Source: an uncultured bacterium
GTDB taxonomy: Bacteria; Verrucomicrobiota; Kiritimatiellia; RFP12; UBA1067
DNA length: 64,000 nt
Direction of reading: 5' to 3'
Assembly (NCBI GenBank): GCA_902800055.1
Contig: CADCCW010000016.1
Coordinates: 27,816-91,815 of the forward strand
Shown here: in pieces, positions 38,044 to 47,701 of the stretch
Position numbering within the stretch: position 1 is the first letter of the stretch
Layout of the letters: every line of letters starts with the position of its first letter
Notes under the pieces: generated by a model
Seen by the model: only the letters and a program-made list of their open reading frames with translations
Databases searched by the model: none
Told to the model about the DNA's origin: nothing
Position numbers and translations under genes: made by a program

Positions 38044-39458
38044 GCGACGAACCCCAGAACCCGGTGGACCTGAGCGCACTCGGCAGCTTCGACTTCACCC
38101 CCGACTGGGCGAAGGGCGAGAAGAAGGTGACCGTCGACGCCAGGGGCGGCGGCAGGCCGTTCGACGCCAAGCCCTCCGACCGCAAGCCCGCCGACCGCGG
38201 CAAGCCGTTTGAGCGCAAGCCCTTCGAGCGCCGCGGCGACCGCGGCCCCGGCCCGCGTCGCCAGGACGGCGGCGGCAGGCAGTTCGACCGCCGCCCGCCG
38301 CGCGAAGAGCGCCCGCAGCCCCTCGACGCCGAGGTCAAGGTGCTGCCCGAGCCCAAGGCGCTCGGCACCATCTTCCGCAAGCTGCAGCAGGACTACCACG
38401 CTTACAAGCTCAAGGACCTCGCCAACTTCCTCCTGGACAACCCCGAGTCGGTGCAGCTCAAGATCACCCCGCGCGCCGAGTCCGCGGCGTTCTGCCAGTG
38501 CAAGGCCTGCTCGTTCGCCTCGCTGCGCGAGGAGGACGTGGTCGAGCACGCCGTCCGCGCGCACCTCGCCGACTACTACGACGCGAAGGAGATCGAGGTC
38601 GAGCCGCCGACCGGCAACTTCAGCTGCGTCGCCAAGTGCGGGCTCTCCGGCGTCCTCCTCGGGCCGCCGAACATCCACGAGTTCAACGCCGTCGTGCGCG
38701 AGATGGTGCGCACCCGCTACCCCGAGATGAGCGAGGAGCAGTACCGCGCCCACATCGAGATGGTGCGCGACCCCGAGGCAATCGAGGAGTGGCGCAAGGG
38801 CGCGGTCAAGCGCACCGTGTTCTTCCCGAAGGGGCACGGCGAAGGCGCGGAGCCGCTCTCGCGCGAGGCCGCCGAGCTCGAGTTCCGGACCTCGGTGCTG
38901 CCCTCGCTCCTGTCGCGCCCGAAGAACCTCATGATCACCCTCGCCGCGGCGCTTTCGTCGCCCGCGAAGCCGCTCCAGTGGGCGGCCAGGGACGCGGTGG
39001 AGGCCGAGCGCCGTTCGCCCTACGCGATGTGCTTCGCGCTCCGCGGCGCCTTTCACCACCGCAAGATGAACTTCTTCCGGGTGAACGACGCGCGCGGACA
39101 GGAGTTCGTGACCGGCATCGAGCACAAGGAGTTCGACGCCGCCCACGCCATCCCCGAGCTCGCGGCGGCCTGGAAGTTCGTGGTCGAGAACCCCTGCTGC
39201 GACAAGTCGGAGTTCCCGGCCGTCCCCGACTTCGAGAAGCACGTCCAGTGGCTCGCCTCCACCGGCCACGTCGTCGCGTTCACCAACGGCGTCTACTCCG
39301 CGGTCGAGAAGTTCCCGAAGTACGGCCCGCAGTGGAAGAAGCGTAAGAAACCCGCGCCCGAACCCGCGCCGGTCCCGGAAGCCACAGTTGTCCTCGAAGT
39401 CCCAGCCGTCCCAGAAAAGGACCCAACCCAAGATGAAAATCCCGCTCAGCTGGCTTAA
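38040..39458 (+). CDS. Hypothetical protein with a C2H2-type zinc-finger motif
   Basis: Native codon bias; overlaps both neighbours; CKAC-x12-H-x4-H. Confidence 0.8.
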   Translation: MSDEPQNPVDLSALGSFDFTPDWAKGEKKVTVDARGGGRPFDAKPSDRKPADRGKPFERKPFERRGDRGPGPRRQDGGGRQFDRRPPREERPQPLDAEVKVLPEPKALGTIFRKLQQDYHAYKLKDLANFLLDNPESVQLKITPRAESAAFCQCKACSFASLREEDVVEHAVRAHLADYYDAKEIEVEPPTGNFSCVAKCGLSGVLLGPPNIHEFNAVVREMVRTRYPEMSEEQYRAHIEMVRDPEAIEEWRKGAVKRTVFFPKGHGEGAEPLSREAAELEFRTSVLPSLLSRPKNLMITLAAALSSPAKPLQWAARDAVEAERRSPYAMCFALRGAFHHRKMNFFRVNDARGQEFVTGIEHKEFDAAHAIPELAAAWKFVVENPCCDKSEFPAVPDFEKHVQWLASTGHVVAFTNGVYSAVEKFPKYGPQWKKRKKPAPEPAPVPEATVVLEVPAVPEKDPTQDENPAQLA

Positions 39459-41865
39459 CGACTACGTCAAGGTCGACGACCTCGACCCGAACGAACTCGC
39501 CGAGAAGCTCACCCGCGCCGGCCTCCAGGTCGAGACCGTCGAGACCGTCGGCGGCGACCCGCTCTCCGACCTCATCGTCGTCGCCGAGGTGCTCGAGTGC
39601 GAGCCGCACCCGAACTCCGACCACCTGCACGTCTGCAAGGTGACGGACGGCAAGGAGACCTTCCAGGTCGTCTGCGGCGCGCCGAACATGCGCCAGGGCA
39701 TCAAGACAGCCTTTGCCAAGATCGGCGCCCCGATCCCCGAGTTCCTCGACAAGAACGGCAAGCCCGAGAAGATCAAGAAGGGCAAGCTCCGCGGCGTGGA
39801 GAGCTTCGGCATGTGCTGCTCCGAGAAGGAGCTCCACATCGGCGAGGGCAACGCCGGCATCATCGAGTACCCGGCCGAGACGCCCACCGGCGCCCTGGTG
39901 CGCGACGTCGCCAAGCTCGAGAAGCCCGAGGTCGTCTTCGACATCGAGGTCACCTGGAACCGCCCAGACGCGCTTTCCGTGGTCGGCATCGCGCGCGAGT
40001 TCAGCGCCATCCTCGGCCGCCCCATGACGCTTCCGCCGGTCGACTTCGAGGAATGCGGCGTGGACGTCAACGACGAGGTCAAGGTGGTCGTCGAGGACAC
40101 CGAGAAGTGCCTCCGCTACACCGCGCGCGTCGTCGTCGAGATGACCCCTGACGCGCCGAGCCCGGCGTGGATGGCGAAGCGGCTCGAGCTCTGCGGCGTT
40201 CGCTCGCTCGGGCTCGCCGTCGACGTCACCAACTACGTGATGCTCGAGCTCGGCCAGCCGATGCACGCCTTCGACCACCGCCGGCTCAAGGACCGCACCA
40301 TCGTCGTGCGCGACGCCCGCGAGGGCGAGACGATCAAGACCCTCGACGGCGTCGAGCGGAAGCTCGACCCCTCGATGCTGATGATCTGCGACTCCGAGCG
40401 CCCCAACGCCGTCGCCGGCATCATGGGCGGCGAGGACTCCGGCATCGCGCCCGGCACCACCTCCGTCCTCCTCGAAAGCGCGCTCTTCGAGCCCGCCTCC
40501 ACCAAGTTCACCGCCTCGAAGCTCGGCCTCGCGAGCGAGTCCAGCTACCGCTACATCCGCGGCGTCGACAAGGACCTCGCGGACTTCGCCTCGCGCCGCG
40601 CCGCGCACCTCCTGCAGCAGCACGGCGGCGCGAAGGTCGCCAAGGGCCTCGTCGACGTCGACAGCCGCCAGCAGCCGCTCAACCCCGACGTCTCGCTCGA
40701 CTTCGAGCGCGCGCGCCGCCTCATCGGCATCCCCGTCGGCAACGACGCGATGGTCTTCATCCTCAGGCGCCTCGGGTTCGTCCCGCGCGCCAGGGAGGAC
40801 CGCTTCGCGGCCGACAAGGCCGTCTCGTTCGGCGTCCCGTCCTGGCGCTGGGACATCTCCGCCGAGGCCGACCTCGTGGAGGAGATTGCCCGCGTCTACG
40901 GGCTCGACAACATCCCGGACACCATGCCTTCCGCCCCCTCGGTCTCGCCGCTCTCCGACGCGCCTTTCCGCGCCGTCTGCCGCGTCCACGAGGTCTGCGA
41001 GGCGCTGGGCTTCTCCGAGGCCCTCCACTACTCCTTCCTCTCCGCGCGCGAGCTCGACGACTTCGACCCGCGCCCCGAGGCCAGGGCGCGCCGCCTCGCC
41101 ATCCCCGACCCGGTCTCCGCCGAGTACGGCGTCATGCGCGACTCGCTGCTGCCCCAGCTCTACGCCGCGCTCGGCCGCAACGCCTCCCACGAGGAGACGG
41201 CGATGCTCTTCGAGACCGGCAAGGTCTTCCATTCCGTGGACGGCAAGCCCGCCGAGAAGGCGATGCTTGCGCTCGGGTTCTGCGGACCTGCCGGACGCGA
41301 GGCGCTCCGCCGCCGCGCGCCGCTCGGCGAGGAGGAGGCCGCGCTTTGGATGAAGGGCGCGGTCGAGGAGCTCGTCTCCCGCCTCCACGCCGGCAAGCTC
41401 GAGTTCGCCCCCGCCTCGCACCCGGCCTTTTCCGCCGCGCTCGAGGTAAAGGTCAACGGCCGCGCCGTCGGCGTCCTCGGCGCCGTCTCGGCGAAGATGC
41501 GCCATCCCTTCCGCCTCACCACCCAGATGGCCCTCTGCGAAGTCGAGCTCGGCCCGCTCATGAAGCGCGTCGACGCCGCCGGCCGCGTCTCGCCCGTGCC
41601 GCAGTTCCCGGCCGTCCGGCGCGACATCGCCGTCGCCGTGGCCCCGGGCGTGACCGACGAGGCGATCGTCGCGGCGATCCGCCGCAACGGCGGCCGCGAG
41701 CTCGTCAAGGTCGACCTCTTCGACGTCTTCAAGAATTCCCGCGCCTACTCGCTCGAGTTCCGCTCCGACGAACGCACCCTCACCGACGACGAGGTCGGCG
41801 CCGCGTTCGCCCGGGTGGTCGCGGCGCTCAAGGCCCTGGAAGGGGTGGAGGTGCGCGAGGGGTGA
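39433..41865 (+). CDS. pheT: Phenylalanine--tRNA ligase beta subunit
   Basis: MKIPLSWL, VCGAPN, NRPDALS, DLVEEIARVYG, C-terminal RDIA..RTLTDDEV. Confidence 0.97.
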   Translation: MKIPLSWLNDYVKVDDLDPNELAEKLTRAGLQVETVETVGGDPLSDLIVVAEVLECEPHPNSDHLHVCKVTDGKETFQVVCGAPNMRQGIKTAFAKIGAPIPEFLDKNGKPEKIKKGKLRGVESFGMCCSEKELHIGEGNAGIIEYPAETPTGALVRDVAKLEKPEVVFDIEVTWNRPDALSVVGIAREFSAILGRPMTLPPVDFEECGVDVNDEVKVVVEDTEKCLRYTARVVVEMTPDAPSPAWMAKRLELCGVRSLGLAVDVTNYVMLELGQPMHAFDHRRLKDRTIVVRDAREGETIKTLDGVERKLDPSMLMICDSERPNAVAGIMGGEDSGIAPGTTSVLLESALFEPASTKFTASKLGLASESSYRYIRGVDKDLADFASRRAAHLLQQHGGAKVAKGLVDVDSRQQPLNPDVSLDFERARRLIGIPVGNDAMVFILRRLGFVPRAREDRFAADKAVSFGVPSWRWDISAEADLVEEIARVYGLDNIPDTMPSAPSVSPLSDAPFRAVCRVHEVCEALGFSEALHYSFLSARELDDFDPRPEARARRLAIPDPVSAEYGVMRDSLLPQLYAALGRNASHEETAMLFETGKVFHSVDGKPAEKAMLALGFCGPAGREALRRRAPLGEEEAALWMKGAVEELVSRLHAGKLEFAPASHPAFSAALEVKVNGRAVGVLGAVSAKMRHPFRLTTQMALCEVELGPLMKRVDAAGRVSPVPQFPAVRRDIAVAVAPGVTDEAIVAAIRRNGGRELVKVDLFDVFKNSRAYSLEFRSDERTLTDDEVGAAFARVVAALKALEGVEVREG

Positions 41866-42021
41866 TGCGGGGAAACGACGTAGGTCCTGGGTTGCACGCG
41901 GATTCAGCCGACATTTCTTCGACCGACGCGAGAAAAAGGGGGCAACCCCTACTTGGAACGACGGGTTCCGGAGGTTCGGTGCTACGGCAACGCGGGATCT
42001 TTTAGATTTGGAAAGGCAACG

Positions 42022-43305
42022 ATGAACAGACAGGCGACAGAACTCAACCGCACCCTCGGCGACGCCGCGAAGTTTCTTTCGCGGCGAGGACTGAGGATGT
42101 ACTTCCCCTACGGCGGAATCCTCGGCCAGAGCGCAGAGGCGAAGAAGTGCGAGGTAAACGCCACCATCGGCATGGCGTTCGAGGAGGATGGCTCCCCGCT
42201 GCTCCTGGACTCCTTCCGCCGCCGCATCGGCCTCGACCCCAAGGCCTTCCTCTACGCCGGCTCCTTCGGCCTCCCGGCCCTGCGCGAGGCCTGGCGGAAG
42301 ATGGAGCTGAAGAAGAACCCTTCGCTGAAGGGCGTCAGGTTCTCCCTGCCCGTCGTCACCGGCGCGCTCACCCACGGCCTCCGGATTGCCGCCGAGCTCT
42401 TCGCCGACCCCTCCGACGAGCTGGTCGTCCCCGACCTCTTCTGGGACAACTACGAACTCATCTTCTCCGAGACGGTCGGCTGCCGGATGCGCCGGTTCAA
42501 CACCTTCCGCCGCGGCGCCTTCGACGCCGACGCGATGAAGGCCGCCCTGCTCGCCCCCGGCGCGCGCAAGCTCCTCGTCCTCAACTTCCCCAACAACCCC
42601 ACCGGCTACACCGCCACGGTCGAGGACGCGAAGCGGATCGTCGCCGCGGTCAGGTCCGCCGCCCGCGCCGGCAAGCGCGTGGTGGTGATCCTCGACGACG
42701 CCTACTTCGGCCTCGTCTACGAGAAGGGCATCCACGGCGAGTCGCTCTTCGCCGAGTTCGCCGGCCTCGACCGCAACGTCCTCGCCGTCAAGCTCGACGG
42801 CACCACCAAGGAGGACTACGTCTGGGGACTGCGCGTCGGCTTCATCACCTTCGCCTTCAAGGGTGCCAGCGAGGCCCAGCTCAAGGCGCTGGAGGCCAAG
42901 GCCGCGGGCGACGTTAGGAGCGGCGTCTCCAACGTCTCCTCAATCGGACAACACCTCGCCGTCGCCGCCTACGCCGACGCGGACTACGCCGCGCAGAAGA
43001 AGGCCAAGTACGCCGTGCTGCGCGCCCGCTACCGCGAGATCCGCCGCATCCTCAGGGCGAACAAGGCCTACGCCGAGACCTTCGAGGCGATGCCGTTCAA
43101 CTCCGGCTACTTTATGTGCGTGAAGCCGACCGGCGTGGACGCCGAGGCCGTCCGCCGCCGGCTCATCGAGAAGTACTCCGTCGGCACCATCGTCCTCTCC
43201 GGGCTCATCCGCATCGCCTTCTCCACCGTGCCGACCGCGCGCCTCGCCAGGCTCTTCGCCGCGGTCGACTCCGCGATCCGCGACCTGAGGGGAATGGCGC
43301 GTTGA
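42022..43305 (+). CDS. PLP-dependent class I/II aminotransferase
   Basis: NATIG, NFPNNPTGY, DDAY, TKEDYVWGLRVG. Confidence 0.9.
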   Translation: MNRQATELNRTLGDAAKFLSRRGLRMYFPYGGILGQSAEAKKCEVNATIGMAFEEDGSPLLLDSFRRRIGLDPKAFLYAGSFGLPALREAWRKMELKKNPSLKGVRFSLPVVTGALTHGLRIAAELFADPSDELVVPDLFWDNYELIFSETVGCRMRRFNTFRRGAFDADAMKAALLAPGARKLLVLNFPNNPTGYTATVEDAKRIVAAVRSAARAGKRVVVILDDAYFGLVYEKGIHGESLFAEFAGLDRNVLAVKLDGTTKEDYVWGLRVGFITFAFKGASEAQLKALEAKAAGDVRSGVSNVSSIGQHLAVAAYADADYAAQKKAKYAVLRARYREIRRILRANKAYAETFEAMPFNSGYFMCVKPTGVDAEAVRRRLIEKYSVGTIVLSGLIRIAFSTVPTARLARLFAAVDSAIRDLRGMAR

Positions 43306-44156
43306 CGGTCGAGGCCTACGCCAAGGTCAACCTGACGCTGGAGGTGCTCGGCCTGCGGTCGGACGGCTACCATGACCTCCGGTCCGTGGTGCTGCCGGTT
43401 TCGCTTGCCGACACCATCGAGGTCGAGCGGGCGGACGGCGTCTCCTCCGATTCCGGCATCCCCGGCGACCTCTGCGTCAAGGCGGCCGAGGCTCTGGGTG
43501 TCGGCGCGCGCATCCGCGTGTCCAAGCGCATTCCCGCCGGCGGCGGGCTCGGCGGCGGCAGCGCGGACGCGGCGGCGGTGCTGGTGGCGCTCAATTCACT
43601 TTACGGACTCGGCCATTCGCCCGCGCGCCTCGCAGAAATCGGCGCTGAAGTCGGCTCGGACGTCCCTGCGCTCGTCCTCGCCCACTGCCTGCGCGCGCCG
43701 GTGCTGATGGAAGGGCGGGGCGAGCGCGTCTCCCCGCTTCCAGCGATGCCGCTCGACCTGGTGCTTGCGTTCCCCGGCGTCCACTCCTCCACCCGCGAGG
43801 TGTTTTCCCGCTGGCGGCCCTCGCCGCCGCGCGAGAGCGCCCCGACCGCGCTGGCGGCCGACGCAATCCGCCGCGGCGACCTCGCCGCGCTTGCCGCCGC
43901 GCTCGCCAACGACCTCGAACCTGCCGCAGCCGCGCTCCATCCCGAAATCGCCGCGGCGCTTGCGACCCTGCGCGCGGAAAATCCGCTCGCCGCCGCGATG
44001 ACTGGCTCCGGTTCCACTGTTTTTGCGCTCGTCCGCTCGCCGGACGAAGCCGCCGCCGTCGCCGCCCGCCTCCGCGCCCGCGGCATTTCCTCATCTCCGG
44101 TCTGCGCGGTGGCAATCGGACACATCGACATGGATGCAAAGGGGAAAGAAGGATAG
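43302..44156 (+). CDS. ispE: 4-(cytidine 5'-diphospho)-2-C-methyl-D-erythritol kinase
   Basis: AKVNLTL, DGYH, KRIPAGGGLGGGSADAA, GSDVP, MTGSGS; TTG start uncertain. Confidence 0.93.
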   Translation: MTVEAYAKVNLTLEVLGLRSDGYHDLRSVVLPVSLADTIEVERADGVSSDSGIPGDLCVKAAEALGVGARIRVSKRIPAGGGLGGGSADAAAVLVALNSLYGLGHSPARLAEIGAEVGSDVPALVLAHCLRAPVLMEGRGERVSPLPAMPLDLVLAFPGVHSSTREVFSRWRPSPPRESAPTALAADAIRRGDLAALAAALANDLEPAAAALHPEIAAALATLRAENPLAAAMTGSGSTVFALVRSPDEAAAVAARLRARGISSSPVCAVAIGHIDMDAKGKEG

Positions 44157-44173
44157 GTCGAAGCAACTACAAG

Positions 44174-46321
44174 ATGAGAACACTTACCATACTTTGGCTG
44201 CATAAGCCGGACGCTGGCGACGGCGACATGCTTTCGGTCGCCGAACACGGCTTGTCGGACGCCTTCCGTGATTTCTGCGCCGAGGCGTTCAACGTCCGCG
44301 TACCGCTTGAATACCCTCCCCTCAAGCTGAAGACTGTGTCTTCGCCCGAGGCGATCCCGGATGCGCTTTTCATCGACGGCGACCCGTCGCACGGCATGAC
44401 CGAGGGCGGCGACGACGTCTGTCTGTTCATGGTTGACGACTGCTTCTATTCCGAGAACATCCGCGGCGTGCCGCTGAAGGACTGGCTCAAGACCTACATC
44501 CCCGCGCTTCCGAAGGTCGCCGTCGTCTATCCGGGACGTCCGCCGATCGTCGTGCCGCAGCGACGCTGGGCGAAGAAGGGGATAGAGGTCCTGTCCCGCC
44601 CCGACTTCTACCGCGAGCGCATCGTCCATCTCTTCAAGGCGTTCTGGCTGCCGCGCTTCGCAAGCGCCATGCGGCAGTACGTGCAGGTCAAGGCCGGGAC
44701 GAACTGGCACACCCCTGGGCACAACGGCGGCAAGGCGTTCTCCGACTCCCCGTTCCTGCGGGGGCTCTACGAGGCGTTCGGCTCGATGATATTCCGCTCC
44801 GACCTTTCGGTGTCGGTGGAGTCGCTCGGCGACCTTTCGAGCCCGGAGGCGCAGACGCCGCTCTCGGAGGCGCAGAAGCTGTCGTCGGAGATATTCGGCA
44901 GCGCCTTGAGCCGCTATGTGACGAACGGCACCTCGACCTCGAACAAGGCCATGCTCATGACGCTGCTGAAGCCGGGCGAGGTGGTGCTGGTCGACCGCAA
45001 CTGCCACAAGTCGGTGCATCATGCGATCGTGACGTCCGGTGCGGTGCCGCGCTACCTGCCGTCGCGCTGGAACTCGCGACTCGGCGTCTGGGGGCCGGTT
45101 TCCCTCCGCGACATCCAGCGCGCGCTGGAGGCGGCGGAATCGCCGCGTCCGCGGCTGCTTGTCCTGACGACATGCACCTACGAGGGCGTGCTGTATCCGG
45201 TGTGGGAGGTGTCGCGGCTCTGCGAACGGGCTGGGGTGCTGTTCTACGCGGACGAGGCATGGGCCGGATACACTGCGTTTCATCCATTCTATACGCGCCC
45301 GGACTGTGCGGCCGGGCGGGCGATGCGGTACAACGCCGTCAACGAGACGAGCGGAGCGCACTTCGCCGTGCAGTCAACCCACAAGACGATGGCCGCGTTC
45401 TCCCAGTCCTCGATGATCCACGTCTCCCTGAGGTTCAAGGCGCTGCTGGAGGAGGACGCGTCGCCTCAGTTCCGCTGGCTCAGGCGCCGCTTCTCGCTCA
45501 ATGGGCACGGCTCGTTCGAGAAGTTCACCCACGACCTGCACGAGTTCCTGCGCTACTGGCATTCTACCTCGCCGCACTATCCGTTCCTGGCGACTCTCGA
45601 CGTCGCCGGCGTGCAGATGCGGATGGAGGGGATGAAACTCATCGACGAGCGCCTGAAGTGGGCGGCGGACTTCCGCGCGCGCGTTGCCTCGGAGTGCGGG
45701 CTGCCTGAAGGCGAGTGCTTTGCGGACCTTGCCGACATTGCCGGTACGGACGACGACTGGCCTAAAGCCGGCTACCTGAAGGATCCGCTGAAGATCGTGC
45801 TGATGCTGCGCAGCCCGGAGGCGTGTGCCGCGTTCAAGAAGGCCTTGCTGAAGTCGCATATCCAGTGGGAGAAAGCGACTTCGACAACAATCCTCTTTCT
45901 GGTGACCGTCGGCACGGTCGAGGAGCATTTCGAGTGTCTGTTCCGCGTCTGCCGCCTCAACCGCACGCTTATCGGGCGTCCGGCGTCCGGCGGCGACGAC
46001 GACGAATCGGTTTCCCGCGCGGTCGAGGGGCAGCCGGTGGTGCTGCCGCGGGACGCGGCGCTCTGCGACGGGGAGTTCGTGACGCTTGATGCGTCCGTCG
46101 GCCGTATTGCCTCCCAGTTCGTCGTGCCGTATCCTCCGGGCATCCCGGTCTTCGTGCCAGGGCTCAGGATAACGGCCGAGATGGTCGAGCTGGTAAAGGG
46201 CGTCATGGCATCGGAGGGAATTGCGGCGGTACACGGACTTTTCTGCCGCGGAGGCCACCCGCCCTGCTATATCGAGGTCCTCAACCGTGACGAGGAGTCT
46301 CGCCTTCTGCATGGTCAGTGA
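44174..46321 (+). CDS. Orn/Lys/Arg decarboxylase family PLP enzyme with an N-terminal extra domain
   Basis: HTPGH, NGTSTSN, DRNCHKS, DEAW, QSTHK (PLP lysine), STSP, PYPPGIP. Confidence 0.88.
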   Translation: MRTLTILWLHKPDAGDGDMLSVAEHGLSDAFRDFCAEAFNVRVPLEYPPLKLKTVSSPEAIPDALFIDGDPSHGMTEGGDDVCLFMVDDCFYSENIRGVPLKDWLKTYIPALPKVAVVYPGRPPIVVPQRRWAKKGIEVLSRPDFYRERIVHLFKAFWLPRFASAMRQYVQVKAGTNWHTPGHNGGKAFSDSPFLRGLYEAFGSMIFRSDLSVSVESLGDLSSPEAQTPLSEAQKLSSEIFGSALSRYVTNGTSTSNKAMLMTLLKPGEVVLVDRNCHKSVHHAIVTSGAVPRYLPSRWNSRLGVWGPVSLRDIQRALEAAESPRPRLLVLTTCTYEGVLYPVWEVSRLCERAGVLFYADEAWAGYTAFHPFYTRPDCAAGRAMRYNAVNETSGAHFAVQSTHKTMAAFSQSSMIHVSLRFKALLEEDASPQFRWLRRRFSLNGHGSFEKFTHDLHEFLRYWHSTSPHYPFLATLDVAGVQMRMEGMKLIDERLKWAADFRARVASECGLPEGECFADLADIAGTDDDWPKAGYLKDPLKIVLMLRSPEACAAFKKALLKSHIQWEKATSTTILFLVTVGTVEEHFECLFRVCRLNRTLIGRPASGGDDDESVSRAVEGQPVVLPRDAALCDGEFVTLDASVGRIASQFVVPYPPGIPVFVPGLRITAEMVELVKGVMASEGIAAVHGLFCRGGHPPCYIEVLNRDEESRLLHGQ

Positions 46322-46336
46322 CGGGTTCATTGAGGA

Positions 46337-46359
46337 ACAAAAGGGTCTGACCCTTTTGT
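46337..46359. repeat. Perfect 11+1+11 palindrome
   Basis: acaaaagggtc-t-gacccttttgt. Confidence 0.85.
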
Positions 46360-46503
46360 CCCAAGGGCGGCAACTTCGAGGTCCAGAAGATGAACGTCGG
46401 CGTCGCCGGCTTCATGTCCGGCAGCGTTAAGTCGATCAAGGAGCGCCTCGGCGGCAGCGAGTACCACGCCTTCCACCGCGGCGGCGCCAACCACATCGCC
46501 TGA
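46360..46503 (+). pseudogene. 3' gene remnant or small ORF, family not recognised
   Basis: 47 codons with strong C/G-ending host codon bias (PKGGNFEVQKMNVGVAGF...ANHIA*) starting right after the palindrome. Confidence 0.5.
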
Positions 46504-46539
46504 CTCCGCGAGCCGCGATGCTGCGCTGCAGCAGCTTGT

Positions 46540-46569
46540 GCGGCTTCGGGCGGGTGAGCTCGCCCCGCC
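46540..46569. repeat. REP-like palindromic repeat, type L, copy 2
   Basis: gcggcttcgggcgggtgagctcgccccgcc, compare 10896-10925. Confidence 0.65.
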
Positions 46570-47094
46570 CTTGCGGCCGCAATTCCGCGGCACCTTCCGC
46601 GGCACCTTGCTCGGCACTTTGCGCTGTGGCTTGTGCGGCTGGGGGTAGTTGCGCGGGGAGGGGAAATTGTGCTATAATTCTCACATCTAGTTGTTGTAGG
46701 TCTGGCGGCTGACAGTGTTGCCGGGGCCGTAGATAGGAAAACAAGGAGGAGAAAGAAGAGAGACCATAGCATGGTCGGACGCAAATGTCGGCCAAGGGTC
46801 GCACGGACGATGCCCGGAGACGACCGTGACTGCGGGTGGGCAACCTAACCGCGGCGACGTACGCAACAGCGTATGACGCTTCAAGAAGAAATCGCCAATT
46901 TCAAGACAGAAAGCGGAGTACGAAGGTTGCGCTGCGTGGTCAATCCATGTGGCGTGTCTTCATATCATGTTTTCTGTCGGGCGTTTGGCGATGCCTTTCT
47001 TGAAACGTGAGCATGCAAGGCACGCCACTCTTCTTTTCTGCGCCGAGGGTGTCGACGTGCGAGCAAAGGCGCGGGAGAAAGAACAAGGGCGATA

Positions 47095-47469
47095 ATGGCT
47101 ACTGCGAAAGTGGACACAGAACAAGACTTGGGCAAGGCACTGAAAGATGATGCAGATACTATTGAGATAAATGGTGATTTGCGCAAGAAGGTTCTCAGGA
47201 TAAAAGCGACAGGTAAAGTCGCGTGGGTCGTTGCGATAGGGGCAATCGCGATTGCGATTACGGCGATCATGGTGAGCCCGGCTAGTGGCGGGGCGTCGTC
47301 TGCGGCTGGCGTGATCGCTGCGCCTGCCGCGATTGCCGCATTGGGTGCGCCCGTTGCGTATTCGGCCATCGTGATAGCAATAGCAGCAGGCGGAGTGGGC
47401 TCGCTCAACAAACTTCGAAAGTACAAAGTCGTGTCACAAAACGAAAACAGTCTTGTTCTCAAGAAGTAA
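47095..47469 (+). CDS. Small Gly/Ala-rich membrane protein of unknown function
   Basis: Charged N-terminal half; long hydrophobic Gly/Ala stretch. Confidence 0.65.
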   Translation: MATAKVDTEQDLGKALKDDADTIEINGDLRKKVLRIKATGKVAWVVAIGAIAIAITAIMVSPASGGASSAAGVIAAPAAIAALGAPVAYSAIVIAIAAGGVGSLNKLRKYKVVSQNENSLVLKK

Positions 47470-47490
47470 TGAGACAGGAGGTTTCCGCCC

Positions 47491-47685
47491 ATGTTTGTTT
47501 ACAGTGCTGTCAGAACACAGGCCGCTCTTGGCCTGATCAAGTGCCCCAACTGCGAAAAGACTCGTATTGAAGTAAGAATGGTCAGGCGAAAAGCTGGTCA
47601 ACATGATGGACTTGAGGGTGTCGTCGGTCGCTGCAGAACCTGCGGACATCGGTGGATAATCAAGGCCCTTGCTCCAATTGTTTGA
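47491..47685 (+). CDS. Small zinc-ribbon protein
   Basis: RBS aggagg; CPNC...CRTCGHRW. Confidence 0.5.
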   Translation: MFVYSAVRTQAALGLIKCPNCEKTRIEVRMVRRKAGQHDGLEGVVGRCRTCGHRWIIKALAPIV

Positions 47686-47701
47686 AAGGAGGATATCCCG
47701 T

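Noticed and set aside
41866-42021. Possible riboswitch before the aminotransferase
   Set aside because: Only one small hairpin (agggg-gcaa-cccct); no recognisable aptamer or terminator
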